DNA from: Octopus sinensis
Taxonomy: Eukaryota
DNA length: 64,000 nt
Direction: 5' to 3'
NCBI RefSeq assembly: GCF_006345805.1
Contig: NC_042999.1
Coordinates: 119,102,001-119,166,000, forward strand
Each line of letters opens with the position of its first letter. The first letter of the stretch is position 1. Below the pieces are notes generated by a model. That model was given only the letters and a program-made list of their open reading frames with translations, had not been told where the DNA came from and ran no database searches. Below are positions 1-13,229 of the stretch, piece after piece. A program made the translations under genes and the position numbers.

Positions 1-319
1 GATTGTACCCATAAAACTAGCAACCTTCACAGTTCAAACCAATTATTCTCACAGTTCAGAAACTTATTTGGAATAGATAGTTTTACATAATTCAAGAAGG
101 TTTATTTTATTACAAGTGAAAACGGTTCTGTATGATAAATATATCAATCATAAAATAGATAAGAAACAATATCTAATATTTTTACAAGTAAAACAATTTT
201 AAAATGGTGTAAACATTTAATGAAATGATGTCATTTTCATTATATGGATCATTTTAAAGTATCTTGTTTGCAACTATATATTTGGCTATTTGATGAATAA
301 TTTTGAGCCTCATCTTTAA

Positions 320-2700
320 AAAGTGTATTTTTATTACTTTTTACAATGCAAATGTATTGATAACATCAGGAAATTTTGGGGTTTTTAGTTTTCTAATGTT
401 CAATGCTGACAGCCTTTCTTTGCTCATTGAAACTTTGAAATATGATAAGATCAGTTTCAACTAGCTGAAAGATCGCTTACAGCTAGCAGTTGAAATTGCA
501 GTAGAGAATGTTATCAGAATAGCCAATCACAAATCTGGATAAAAATAAAAACTCATCTTTTTGCTGAATAATATATTTGAGGAGTTCTTCAGTCATGAAA
601 TACAAGTGTCTGGGTGACTTTTTAGAGAAATCTAAATTTTGAACTGAAATTGTAGTGATGGGCAAATCTTCCATCTATTGCATTATGGAGATGATCAATA
701 GTGTTTATCATTATTCACAACATTTGAGTTTTCTTTTTATTTTGGCAACTGGCATTTTTTTTTCTTTTTTGGACACTTTCCTTCTTGAATATCTCACTTA
801 TCATTCAGTTCTTGCCCAGCTTCAAGTGACACACTGCCTAATGATTCTGGACTGCTTAAATGATAACATAGAAGGTCCTTTAAATCCTACTTGGCATTAT
901 AAAACTTTTTGTTATGATCTTTGAGTTGGGTTTTTTTTAGCAAAGACAATCAGAACGAGAATTTTAGTTAAAAATCCAAGCAAAAACCAAGAAATTAAAA
1001 GACCAAATTAGATTCAGTACTTACATCACCTCTTGCATCAGAAGTTTGATTTTGTTCAACAACCCTGTCTTGTAAAAGATATCAGAGTAAATATGAACCG
1101 GATCAGGAGTTTCTATTTTTAAAATCCTCAGTGTTTCAGAATAGACAACCAGTAGTATAAAATCTTTCAGCTTTTGCCAACACAGTGTTGAATGGGAAAA
1201 AGAAATGCAAAAAGCAATTGAATTACAAATGATGCTACCATCAATACATTCTGGTTAGCAACACACACTCCAATCAAATTGGGAGACTGAATATCATAGT
1301 TTACAAAAACAGCTTTGCAATTTTTTCATTAGTTCTCTGTTGAACAGCACGTTTATAATCAGTCATAACCATAGCATTGTCATAAAATTGAGATCAACAG
1401 TCTTCTAACGGCAGCATTTCCACTTTTACAAGTTCCCAAATTACTTTCACCATGTTTTCAACATCCTTTCATTTTAATTGGATACATCCAAGAAAAGACT
1501 CTTTTGTAAAAATTGTTTTCTCCTCAAAATCAATACCAATATAACAAACTGTTTTTGCCAATTTCTCTCAATCTACTTGATCTTGAGTAGAGTCAATCAT
1601 GAGGTCAAAGTATTCGGCCTTATAAATGCTCCAAAGCAATTCCAGTAAACAGTAAGAAGCCATCAGTTGAATACATTCATTCTGCACTAACGGAGAAAAT
1701 ATGATATTTTTCCAGGGCTCTTTTCTGTATTGCTGAAATGTTTTTCATGTCAGGATCAAAGTTTGCCAACAATTTTAACTACCACAAAATTTCCAAAATT
1801 GCTTTCCTCTATGGAATTCCTTTTGGCCACACAATGCAATTTTAACAACCACAGATTTCCAAAATTGTTCTCCTCAATGGAATTCCTTTTGACCACAAAA
1901 TACAAGATTCTGAGCTGCTAAAAATTTCACGAAATGGAAAATTTTATGGAGAAAATCTCAGTGATTTTGTGTGTGAATTTCAGTTTGAAGCTTTATGTCA
2001 GTCATACCATATTTTTTTTATAAAGATTTTATTTTAAATTTCCTTTCATAGGGTTAAGAAATATCGATAACTTCGTCTTGTTTTTTCATGGGTTGTAAAC
2101 TTTTCTGGTGCTTTCCAGTGATCAAATCCATTTCCTCGTTCCAGTGAAGACTGACTGAAAATTCGTGAAAATTGCAAAGTGCTGCTTCTTTTCTAGAGAA
2201 TAAACAAGCATGAACATCAAACTTATCCATATCCATTTTCCAACATTCTTTTCAGCTATTTTTCATTTATTGATCAATTTTGTGTGAGAACTAATGGCCT
2301 TTACTACTTTGAAAATTCTTCAAACCCAATGTAATTATTTATATTCGAAGAACATCTGATAAAATTACATTTTTATGATATTTTACCAGACGCCAAGAAA
2401 CTTACAACATGATGCTAAATTGCACCTCAAATAGGCACTGCTGTGTTTTTTACTGTTTGTCAATATTCAAAGTTTTAGTATTTTATTCCTCTTTGGAAAA
2501 TGCTCTGGTTCTTGAAAGACATTTAATTCTTTTTCTCAAACACTGGCAAGTTGTTCTACACTCATTTTTGATTCTGTTAAAGCTGCTAAAATACCAGGTT
2601 GTTCAAGAAATTACATGATAAAACTACTTGATATTTTAGCTTCAGCTTCTCGTATTTTTCATATCATTCTGTCTTCAGTCATTCAAGTTAAGTTTCTATT
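320..2700 (-). mobile_element. Decayed hAT DNA transposon (ZMYM1/DUF4371-type transposase pseudogene)
   Basis: Manual minus-strand translation at about 1270-1710 gives FSPLVQNECIQLMA...KAEYFDLMIDSTQD...KESFLGCIQL...DC*SQFYDNAMVM...VQQRTNEKNCKAVFVNYDIQSPNLIGV. At about 400-520 it gives ISTASCKRSFS*LKLILSYFKVSMSKERLS, the hATC dimerisation motif. Many stops. Ends are approximate and no TIRs were found. Confidence 0.85.
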
Positions 2701-2759
2701 TTGCAATGTTCACTTCATGGTCAAACAGGCAGGCATGTATGTTCTTTTCTGTTTTTGAT

Positions 2760-5012
2760 TATTTAAATTCTTCCTCTGAGGAAGGAGATGATTTCTAAAA
2801 AAGATATAAAGCTCCATTGTTGGAATGTAGATAATGATAACAAGGTAACATTTTAAACTTGTGAAAATTCTTGCGTATTTTTACTGTTCCAGTTTTGGAT
2901 TGTATTCGTAATGTGCAAGTTAGTTGGTTGATTTCTTTTCTGCAAATACAAGCTTATTCAGACTCTCAATTAGGCGTTTACTCACAAGACTAAGTGTACC
3001 GATTATTATCTGTATAAATGTAAACTAGTAGTCCAGATATAGAAGATAGAGGTTTCGAAGAGATATTCACATCAGCAGGACAGCTGACCTCTATGATAGT
3101 ACATCATTTTTCTTGTTTGTCCTGAACAACAACTTCTAGCCTATTATGCTTACATATGACAAATTTGGCACAAGTATTCCTTGTATTGATGTTTACATAT
3201 ATATTCAATAACAGGGGAATTCTCTATATCTGTTCCAGGATCATCTGTTTTCAGGATGGCATTGTATATTTCTCTTGTAACAACATCATGTCACATAGGT
3301 AGGGAGTATCTTGATGACATTTTTGTGCCACTGCTAATCATATGTGGGATGTCTTCCACAGAAAAATAATGTAATCTACATATTTGCTTGCATCTTGGAA
3401 CTCTAAGGGTTTCTTTGTCTCTTTTGTCGATTAAGTACTTAGAAGCAATCTCTCGTTCTTGGATTGCAAATGCATAACCTTTGAAGTGTGATGTAGCAGT
3501 CAGAAATCCAAGAGAGAGAGTTGACTTCATGTAAATATTACTGTCTACTCTAAGTCATCTGGAAACATACACATGCATGGTCTTCTTTTTGGTATGCTGA
3601 GTGTTACACATCCAAATCTTCTTTAAAATATGTTAGTCCATCTGTTTTGAGGCTGTATGGGAAGTCATCAGGAAGAGAGTGCTTGTTGCTGACATGTAGG
3701 ATATTGTTCTTTTCACTTTTCAACACTGAGTTAATGTATTTATTTTTACTGTTATTTAGCATGTGCTGTCTGAGAGAGACTTTATAACATTCGAGGGTAG
3801 TCTGCACTGACTTCAAGCCCTTACCTCTTTTATCTCTTCTAAGGTTGAACCTGTTGATATCACTATTCCTGTGAAGATTTCCAGTTGAAGTGAAAGCCTT
3901 GTGGGTTTTAACGTCTATGGAGTGCATTTCTTCTACAGATCAGAATCCCAAATGTTGGAATTAGCACTAGTACTGAAAATGCATTGTAGGATATTGTCTT
4001 GTTGTAAGAAGAAAATTCCAACTGTCATAATATTCTTAGGTCACTCTATCTTTATTCACAGAACCTTCCGATGATATATCTTCATCAATGCTGACATGCA
4101 TGTAGCATTCTTTGTGTGGAACAGGAGAAATACTGAAACCATTGATGCACAGGTTTTGAGCCTGGAGTTCTGATTCTTCCCATTCAACAATCAAATATGA
4201 ACATTTCTTTTGACCAAATTCCATTCCTATGTCAGCTGAAAATGATGTTATTAATTCTGGCTGATTTTTGGTATTGTTAACATTTTTAGCATAAATCTCA
4301 AGGTCATCCACCAAGAAATTATGGGTTATATAAATATCTCTAGCAGTTTTAGACCCTAGCATGCAGCCATGTGATTTTTGTAATAAGAAAGAGAATGGAT
4401 TTAACTCTAAATTAAACAAAATTACAGAGAGACAGACTATCTCCTTGGAATATTTCTTTTGAAATATTTATAATGTTGGAGACGCTTGTTCTGTTCCCAA
4501 TTCTAAGTATAAGAATTATTGTCCTGGTCTTTGTGAGCCTCTCAACAGCAGCAATTAAGGTAGCAGGCACTTTTGCCAAGTGGGGACACGTCAGCACCCA
4601 TGAGGGAAGAATAAGAGTCAGATGCCCTCCTATAATCAAGTCATATTACTGTAAGGCTCCTATGATGCTTTTTTTTTTATACTTCAGATAGTATAGCTTT
4701 GTTAATCAAAAGTTGTTTGGTATATCTCCACACTTCCTTCTTTCCACCAGCTAGATTATCAGTCACTATGTTGTTAGACTCGCAATAACTGTGGGGAACT
4801 TTGTTGAAGTGGCTTGTTGGTGCATTATGTTTAGGTAAGCAATGGGTCAGTAGTGTTCAGCCACATCAGTGGTTTCATTCTTACCTACAACATTTGTTGA
4901 TGTTATAGCAAACCAATTTGAGATGTCAATCTGACTTTAGATAATGCTTCTGAATATACATATTAGTGGTTTCCCATAAAATGTTAGCCTCTTGTACCAG
5001 TACCCAACTACT
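2760..5012 (-). mobile_element. 5'-truncated, decayed R4/Dong-like non-LTR retrotransposon (RT, zinc knuckle, restriction-like endonuclease, 3' UTR)
   Basis: Colinear minus-strand fragments: QLLINKAILSEV, IFQGDSLS (4412-4639), ITHNFLVDDLEIYA...DIGMEFGQKKC (4036-4419), HRNSDINR...GKGLKSV (3604-3927), FAIQEREI...CRLH...HMISS...RY (3291-3530). These are followed by RHD and IEVSCPADVNI. Confidence 0.88.
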
Positions 5013-5105
5013 ATGTATGTATGTATGTATGTATGTATGTATGTATGTATGTATGTATGTATGTATGTATGTATGTATGTGTGTATGTATGTATGTATGT
5101 ATGCA
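5012..5105. repeat. (TATG)n microsatellite
   Basis: Direct reading; source of the MYVC/HTYI pseudo-ORFs. Confidence 0.97.
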
Positions 5106-5464
5106 TATATGTATGTGCATACACGCATGCTTGGATTTGTGAGTGCACGCATACATGTGAGTGCACACACACAAGTGTGTGTGTGTGTGTGGTGTGTTTG
5201 GTGTGTGTAATGAAGTGTGGATCACCGAGGAAGCTCTTTTATTGGTAACTTCCCTGAGAGCTGCCCAAGCATCAGTACATTTGTTTTGATTCTGGAGTAT
5301 GTAGACCCCTTTCATCTACTTCACTTCCAATCAAAATAATATTCACCTACCTCAGAATTACAAAAGAATTACTCCCTCACCTCTAGAATCAAAAACCTAC
5401 AATTCTATGCTCCTTCATACAACTTTCCCTTATATTAATACCCTTCGATGACAGAAATAAAAAG

Positions 5465-6300
5465 GCTTCCACAAACACCATAAGAACCTTACCATAAGAA
5501 GAATCATAGAAGTGCTCAAATCACCATGTAAAAGGCCTGAATTAAATTTGTAGATTTCTTGAAGATGGTGTCAACTGAAGGCCCATGTTAGATATTCTGT
5601 TGAACTACTGTGTTGCAGATCATCAAGGCCATCATCATCAAGCTTTTATACAAAGTATAGGCAGTCCAACTAATGAGTTTCTCTTTGTAATTGTTGTGGC
5701 AACATCTTGAGACATAGTCTTCACCCCATCCAGGACATGAGTCTCACAGTCAATTGAAGCAATCAAGACTGCAGTACAACCTGTTTACCTTAAACTTATA
5801 TAACATTGAGGATTATGTTCTTGCAGCTGATCAGCTACATAATACAGTCAAACTTGTTGACATCTCTTCAGAATGCTTCAGGAAAAGTTGTGGCCATCTG
5901 TATTTCAGTGCCAACAAGACTAGCCTTTTCCAGGGTTTATCCAGAGAGCACTCTTTTCTATGGAATCAAAATCAGTAGTATAAAGGAGCTTCAAGCTTCC
6001 CATAAGGATTTAAAACATTTCCTGGCATAAGTACATTACCAAGATAAAATTTATGAATACATTCGATCCATCCTTACTGCTGTTGTTCAATGGAGGTTAG
6101 GCATTGCTGGCTGCTGTTAACAGGTTAAAAAACAGGCCTTATCATATTATATTATGGAAACTTCCGCACTCAAATAGAGAACAAAGGCTGCAAGTTACAC
6201 TGATTTTATCAGTAGAAATGCACATGACATGAAAGACCTATCAACGCTCACATGGAACAGAGATTTCCGGTACAATGTTGTAAAACACATTACCATTGTG
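5465..6300 (+). mobile_element. Highly decayed RTE-like LINE reverse transcriptase fragment
   Basis: Frameshifted remnants LTIRRIIE, FVDFLK, DYVLAAD and GHLYFSANKT occur in RT order. Confidence 0.5.
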
Positions 6301-6789
6301 GCTGCTTGAAGAAAGGAGTAACATTATAAAGGATAAAAGCTCAAAACCAAAAAAAAAAAAAATTATTCATAAATTTAAATAAAATTGAAGAGACGTGTAT
6401 GAATCCAAACAAAATACAATATTTTTTTACAAACAACATAAAGGAAAAATACTTTCAATAAAAGAAATCTGCAACTTAATGAGATACTTTAAAAAATCTG
6501 GAATAAAACATGGCATGTATTGTCATTTGTTGTATCTGTAATAGCTCTTTTTTTTTCTAATACTGGTTTGATACTGGTATTTCAATACTGGTCAAATCAG
6601 AAATAATAATGAACAAGAACATAATTAAATCTAGTGAGTGAGAGCATGATTAAATGGAGAACTGCTCTGTTTTCCAACAGTCAAAAGCTTGACAGTGTTG
6701 ACATTAAGCACGACATCTTTCAAGGTGTTTTTTTTCTCCTTTGTGCTTCCTTTTTGCTACGTTTTCTCTGAGCCTGGTGCTTCAGAAGA

Positions 6790-7140
6790 CAGGGATGAGT
6801 TACCAATTAGAAAAACATAAATAAATATAATGGAACCAGACTTTAAACATCTGCTCTTTATGGATTTTGCAAGATCAGAAAAAGTGATCAACATCTTGGT
6901 GCAAATTGTTTATGTAGTGATTAAAGGCCTACACACAGAGCAGGGCATTACAAAGTGTGCAACAGTCACTAAGCACTGGATAAATCAGGAGAACAACCAT
7001 GAAATAGTATTACCCAATGGGAAAGGATTGACAGACCCAGAGGAAACAGGTCTCAAGTACATAAGAATAATGGGGTCAGATGATAATGCTGTCTAGACAG
7101 ATTAAGAAGCAAGTACTAAAGGCCTACTTTGATATACTGA
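6790..7140 (+). mobile_element. R4/Dong-like RT fragment (diverged copy)
   Basis: ORF 6830-7096 reads KHLLFMDFARSE...GITKCATV...IVLPNG...LKYIRIM, resembling the NHLLFMDD...FGIxKC...YKYLG region of R4-clade RTs. Confidence 0.65.
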
Positions 7141-7677
7141 CTAAGTTTCAGGAGGCTGCACCAGGCTCCAATCTGATCTGGCAAGGTTTCTACAGATGGA
7201 TGCCATTTCTCTGTATGTGTGTGCATGTGTGTGTGTGTGTGCATGTATGTGCGTGCATGTGTGTTGTGCTTGTTTTGTTGTCTAATTTTGTATCAGAAAG
7301 AGATTTGGTTCAATTGTTTGACGCTGGCTAAGGGATTCTCTCACATGGCTGGGTTTTCTAAAAAGAGTACACCAATACTGTGTAAGCATATTTGGAGTTT
7401 TTTTATTGATTTGATTGTCATGTTCTTGACATAGCTGTTTGTATATATGAATATATGTATTTATGCATAAATGCACACAGACTAAAGAATTTTAATAAAC
7501 ACAAGAACTCTCTAAGAATCATACCAAAATCACTAAACCCTGAAACATCATTTGCAATAAATATGTCCTTAATATATTTTGCTGTTAATCTCACTAACAA
7601 TAAACATTTTAAAAAGTCCCCTATATTGACCTAGCTAGCAACCTTAACAAATACAATACCATAAAAAGAAATCGTAT

Positions 7678-7849
7678 AGGTGCACGAGTGGCTGTGTGGT
7701 AAGTAGCTTGCTTACCAGCCACATGGTTCCGGGTTCAGTCCCACTGTGTGGCGCCTTGGGCAAGTGTCTTCTACTATAGCCTCAGGTTGACCAAAGCCTT
7801 TTGAGTGGATTTGGTAGATGGAAACTGAAAGAAGCCTGTCGTATATATG

Positions 7850-7895
<46 letters not shown>

Positions 7896-8087
7896 TGTGT
7901 TTGTCTCCCCAACATTGCTTGGCAACTGATGGTGGTGTGTTTACGTCCCCGTAACTTAGCGGTTCGGCAAAAGAAACCGATAGAATAAGTACTAGGCTTA
8001 CAAAGAATAAGTCCTAGGGTCAATTTGCTCGACTAAAGGCGGTGCTCCAGCGTGGCCACAGTCAAATGACTGAAACAAGTAAAAGAA
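7678..8087 (+). mobile_element. tRNA-derived SINE, family A, full length
   Basis: Head with A-box-like TGGCTGTGTGG and B-box-like GGTTCAGTCC, an internal (TA)/(TG) tract, and a tail ...TGACTGAAACAAGTAAAAGA. Closely similar copies lie at 32666 and 56196. Confidence 0.92.
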
Positions 8088-9001
8088 TTATATCTGGAAA
8101 ATAAAAAAAAAAGAAAATAGACATAAGACATTTCCCACACTAATCAAAAAATAGCCAATGAAGAAAAATAACAGCTAAACAGCAAATACAAAATGCAAAC
8201 TAATGAACAAACAATCATGTGATCATGCCCACACCAGCCAATACCACCATAACTGAGTTGTAGTAGTTCTTGCTTGAAGATTGCAGAAGTGTGAAACTCA
8301 AGTCTTGAGATAAAAATTCAGTTTCAATAAAAGATATTCTCTATTGCTTCTTTGTTTTTTTATCTTGAACTTTTGACTGAAAGATCTTTACAAAGAGAAT
8401 GAGAATATTATATAGTACATGAACAACAAAGGGATATACATGAACTAACAGACATCTCTACTACTTGTGTCAAAACCTGAAGGTCAAGAGAGATAGTTAA
8501 AAAGTTATGGTAGAACAATTAAAAACAGCCTTACCAATCAGCCAATGCAGAAATTTAACAGCAAGCTTCCACCACCTCCACAACAAAAGTATTCACTTTA
8601 AATAGAAAATGCAAAACTTAAGAATTATTATAATCATCTAACTGGATGTATAGAATATTTCAAATAAACTGTTTTAGAGATGATATATGAAGCACTGAGA
8701 GAAAATTTGAAAATTTGAACAGATTTGGAAGCCAAAATAATGCATTTAATGAAAACATTTATTTATATATTTTCTGAATTTTCAATCAAAAGATCTTTTC
8801 AAAGAGAAGAAGAGGTAAACAGTATACGAACAACAAAGTGAAGTAGATGAATGGACAGACATCTTGACAACTCATATTGAGGCCCTGAGGCAGAATGAAA
8901 TAGTTCAAAAGTCTTACATTCATTCCACACACACACACACACACATACATACATAAATGTAGGTAAGCATACGTGAGTGTGCATGTGTGTGTGTCTGTGT
9001 G

Positions 9002-9009
9002 TGTCTCTC

Positions 9010-9082
<73 letters not shown>
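9002..9082. repeat. Compound (CT)n(AT)n microsatellite
   Basis: Direct reading. Confidence 0.95.
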
Positions 9083-9086
<4 letters not shown>

Positions 9087-10179
9087 AGAGTGAGAGGGGA
9101 GGAAAGGAAGAAGGAAAGAAAAGAAAAGAAACTTGTGCAAGGGAACCACACCTGTGATGAATTCTGTTCATACATCATTCCAACATAAAAAAACACAAAT
9201 ACACACATAAAAAATTCATATGAACATACATATATAAATAACTAATGAACGCTTATGCACAATACACAGTATGTTTTCTAATAGAAAGCACAAGGTAAAT
9301 TTAAAGTAGTAAAAACTATGTTTGTTAAGCTTTTCACTGTGGAACTTTAAACAGAGGAACATACAGTTCTTATTTTCTTTGTTCAAAGAAAAATAATAGA
9401 GTTTGATCTAAATATTTCATGGTTCATAAAGCATTCATCAGAGGACAAGTCTGATCTCATTCTTCTAACCACAAAGTGAACTTGTAGCAAATGACAATTG
9501 GAAACTGACACAAACCAGAATTTATCTTAACGGTTAGATTAATTTGCATACTGTGTTTGCCAACTATTTTTTTGTACCATCCAGTGTTTTAAATCCAGGT
9601 TTTTTCCCCGTTAACAAGGGTGGCTGGATCTACCTCAATACCATAGCAACTGCCCTCACATGATCTTGTCTAGTTTTGGGTGTCCTATCGTAAAAGACCT
9701 TTTACGATAACATGGTGGACCGGGTCAGTTTGAGCTTCCCTACTACTAAAATGTAAACTTTTTTGAACTCATAATATTCTGTGCGTGTATGTATATACAG
9801 ATACAACACCAATATTCCACTGAACTTTTTAATAATTCCTTCTGGCAACTATCTTTAACATTTTCTTGAGAATGTATATATATGTTGTAATCTTTTGTGC
9901 CCAATATTTTAATGAACTTGTTAAACTTTTTTATGTTCTTAACATGTTCTTGTTACCAAAGAATGTATATATATATTGTAGCATTTTGTGACAACCAATA
10001 ATTAACACAACCAAACTCTTACATGTTATTTTTGACAATCTTTTTCTAAAAAGTGAAACCGGTAAAGTAAATAAACATCTTTTAAAATTGCATTTTCAAA
10101 CCTTCTTTCATATATAATTCCACTCTTGTGGTACCTTACAGCTCCACTTTGTTTTATATATATATATATATATCATTAT

Positions 10180-10352
10180 CATTATCATCATCATTTAAAC
10201 TCTGTCTTCCTTGCATGCATGGGTAGGACAGTTGAGAGGAGTCGGCTAGGGAGAAGACTACTCTATGCTACTCTGTCTGGCAGGATTTTTATGGGCGAAT
10301 GCCCATCCTAACACCAACCACTCTGCAGAGTGAACTCAGTGCTTTTTATGTG
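10180..10352 (-). mobile_element. RTE LINE 3' tail fragment
   Basis: (CAT)n followed by a diverged version of the 3' UTR end seen at 21774 and 23674. Confidence 0.6.
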
Positions 10353-11450
10353 ACACATACACACACACTTAATATTATCTGGGTAATAACCTTATATTAT
10401 GTTATCCATGGTTATCAGCTACCACATGCTATCATACAGCAGAAATTCTGGTTACACATGTGGAGATCCATCAATGTCCACAAAATTCATACAAGAAAAT
10501 TCTAATACAAGAAAGAATGAACAGACTTTAATCCAAAGCATTACAATTGTTTCCATGTATTAGTATTAACTGGTAATTACTGAGTATTTCAGATATTACA
10601 CACATCTTTGCATTAAATATGATTCAACAATAGCTATGTGCCTGCATGTCTTCAGGTGAGTGGGTTTGAGAACACTGCTGTATATGTGGGGGGTGTAAAT
10701 ATATTTATATATTTTATTTGTATATATATGCATATATACTTATACATAGACAGACTGATACATACATAGAGAGATACATTCACATGTTTATATATCTAGC
10801 AGTATGGCTGTATGTGTACATGCACACATGTGTGTGTCACTTCCTTCTCTAATAGTCACACTGACCACAAATATTCTCTCTTCTGAAATAAGTTAAGCCA
10901 CAACCATCCTTAATTCAATTTGTTTCTTTGTACGTGACAACAACCAAACCACTTATCACATCTATGACATTAAACCATCTTATCCCTTAAACATCTTCAA
11001 TTATTCTTGAAGAATCCTTCCTCTTACCAAACAACATTATCTCAGTAAAGAAAGCCTTTAGTTTTACAATCTATGTAATCTTCATAACTCCACAAACTTT
11101 GTAGTTATTCAGAATATTTAATTTATTACTTCATCATAATAATTTTGTTTTACCTCTAAGGTAACTCTGTTTTATTATTTTCTTAGTCTGCCTCCATCAA
11201 TCATAGATATCCCATAACTTCTAGGCCCTCCACCTCACTTCAGTATTTTTCCTATTTATAATGCCAGTCAGCTATTCATAGCATATTTCCTCCTTTTTTT
11301 ATATACCTTCTATATAATACTCAAAGATTTTTCTTTTGACATCTGTATTGTAATACTTGTATTTGTTTCATTAATGATTACGATATCTGAAGAAGCATAT
11401 TTTGGCTTTGCTCAGAACATTGAGGGAAATGGCTCCCAGAACATTGAGAG

Positions 11451-11736
11451 CAGTGGTTCTCAAACAATTTTTGCCTATGGACCCCCTTTGATTCTTATTT
11501 TACTCTATTTGACCTCCATAGCCATTCGATGTATATCAAAAGAAATCCTACTGTTCTCTTATAATTAAATATTATAAAGAATTATATAAAAAAAAATTTA
11601 ATATTTTGTGTATTGTAAAAGTAAAACCAATTTATTGCACATAAAGTTTAATAAGAACATTTTATATAGACCCCAAAGGCCCATATAGACCCCACCCCAA
11701 CCCAAAGATCATATGGACCCCAGTTGAGAACCACTG
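11451..11736. mobile_element. hAT/Charlie-type MITE
   Basis: Perfect 13-bp TIRs CAGTGGTTCTCAA / TTGAGAACCACTG and repeated subterminal TAT(G/A)GACCCC motifs. No intact 8-bp TSD. Confidence 0.85.
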
Positions 11737-12625
11737 ATCTACGATATGCATCACTGAAGAATGCAAATCAGGTTAAAACTTTGTGTCTTGTGATCCAAAG
11801 GTGCTCTGAACAAAGTCCTGCATGAAATTTTCTGAGAGAAAATATTACAGTTAGTACTGTTCCACATTTGTATACACATTGTTAATGTGTATATATACTG
11901 GCATTTTAATCTAAGGATATTCCAAGTGCATAAATATATAACATGTAAATATATAAACACACACACACACATACATACATACTCTATATACATAAATGTT
12001 TATCACATATTTTCATGTGTCTGTGTTAAAACTAGGTGGAAAAGACGACAACGTTTATCATCTTTACCTTCAATAGAAAATTTCATTATATGTATGTGTG
12101 TGTGTTAGAAACTGGTTATTATGTAATTCTATATATGATGCTATGGACTATATATGTGTTTTGTAAATAAGTATATTTTAGTACACAAGAAATGTAATAT
12201 GTTTTATATGAGAACTTATTTGTATTAACCATACAAAATATATGCAGTGGAGGTATATTGAATAAAATTTGTATATTGCCATGTATGTCTGTTCGGTTGT
12301 AACAGCTTTATATAAAGGATATATCATAATGTTATTTATATGTTATGTGTGTGCATATATGCTACATTGATTATTGACCAAATATAGAACTTTTAGTAAA
12401 TTAATTTTAATCAAAACCTAGCCTGGCAATATTTGTTGTGTTGTAACAAGCTTCCATCAAATATATAGATTGAATGTTATTTTGATGCATTTATTAAATA
12501 CAAGTTTTGGTTTATTTTCTTTTAAAACGCTAGCCTATTTTTTAGAAGCACATGCATACTAGTACGTATGTGTATGCATGTATGCACATATGTGTGTGTG
12601 TGTGTGTGTGTGTATACATATGTGC

Positions 12626-12830
12626 TTTTATCTTTTACTTGTTTCAGTCACTAGATAGGGCACTGCCTCGAAGAATTTTTTGTTGAACGAATCAGCCCTA
12701 GTACCATTTTTATGCCTGATACTTATGCTGTTGGTCTCTTTACAAAATCACTAAGTTGTGGGGACATAAACACACCAAAATGAATTGTCAAGCAATAGTG
12801 GGGGCAAACACAGACATAAAATCATACACA
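12626..12830 (-). mobile_element. SINE family A, 3' half
   Basis: TTTTACTTGTTTCAGTCA... matches the reverse complement of the family A tail. Confidence 0.8.
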
Positions 12831-13229
12831 CACACACATGTATAAAAGCACTGTAGCTCACTTGAAGCATTGTAACATCAAAAAAAAGAGAAATGGAAAA
12901 TTAGAAAGCTTCTAACAATGCGGAATGTTTCACAAATCTTTTATTTCAGGCACAAAGGCCCATCTTTAGAAGAAGAACGGTCTGGGAAATGTCTAGTTAA
13001 CCTATTCAAATTCATCAGCATTATGTTAATAGCAGTCACTCTCCAATTGCAACAATTACTACATTGGTTGCACAGTATGACCACTATGTCTGAATTAAGG
13101 AGTATCTCATAACCAATGCGTTTTCCTTCTGCAAAAACCTGACCAGATGCAGCTACACTACACCACCAAGGAGATAGATGCCTCTATACTGGCCTCGGAA
13201 AGGAACACTGGTAATCTACATATAAAATA

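Noticed and set aside
4926-5315. ORFs rich in YI/HT/MYVC/CV here and at about 16.2, 17.8, 20.4, 31, 33, 35, 42.4 and 46.6-47.5 kb
   Set aside because: They are translations of (TA)n, (CA)n and (TATG)n microsatellites, which lack stop codons; not genes.
7712-8023. Recurrent ORFs ending IVEDTCPR...LNPEPCGW (also 32837 and 56237)
   Set aside because: Antisense read-through of SINE family A.
8535-8595. Minus-strand exon-like segment bounded by AG and GTAAGG
   Set aside because: All three frames contain a stop codon and there is no partner exon; at best a non-coding exon, unsupported.
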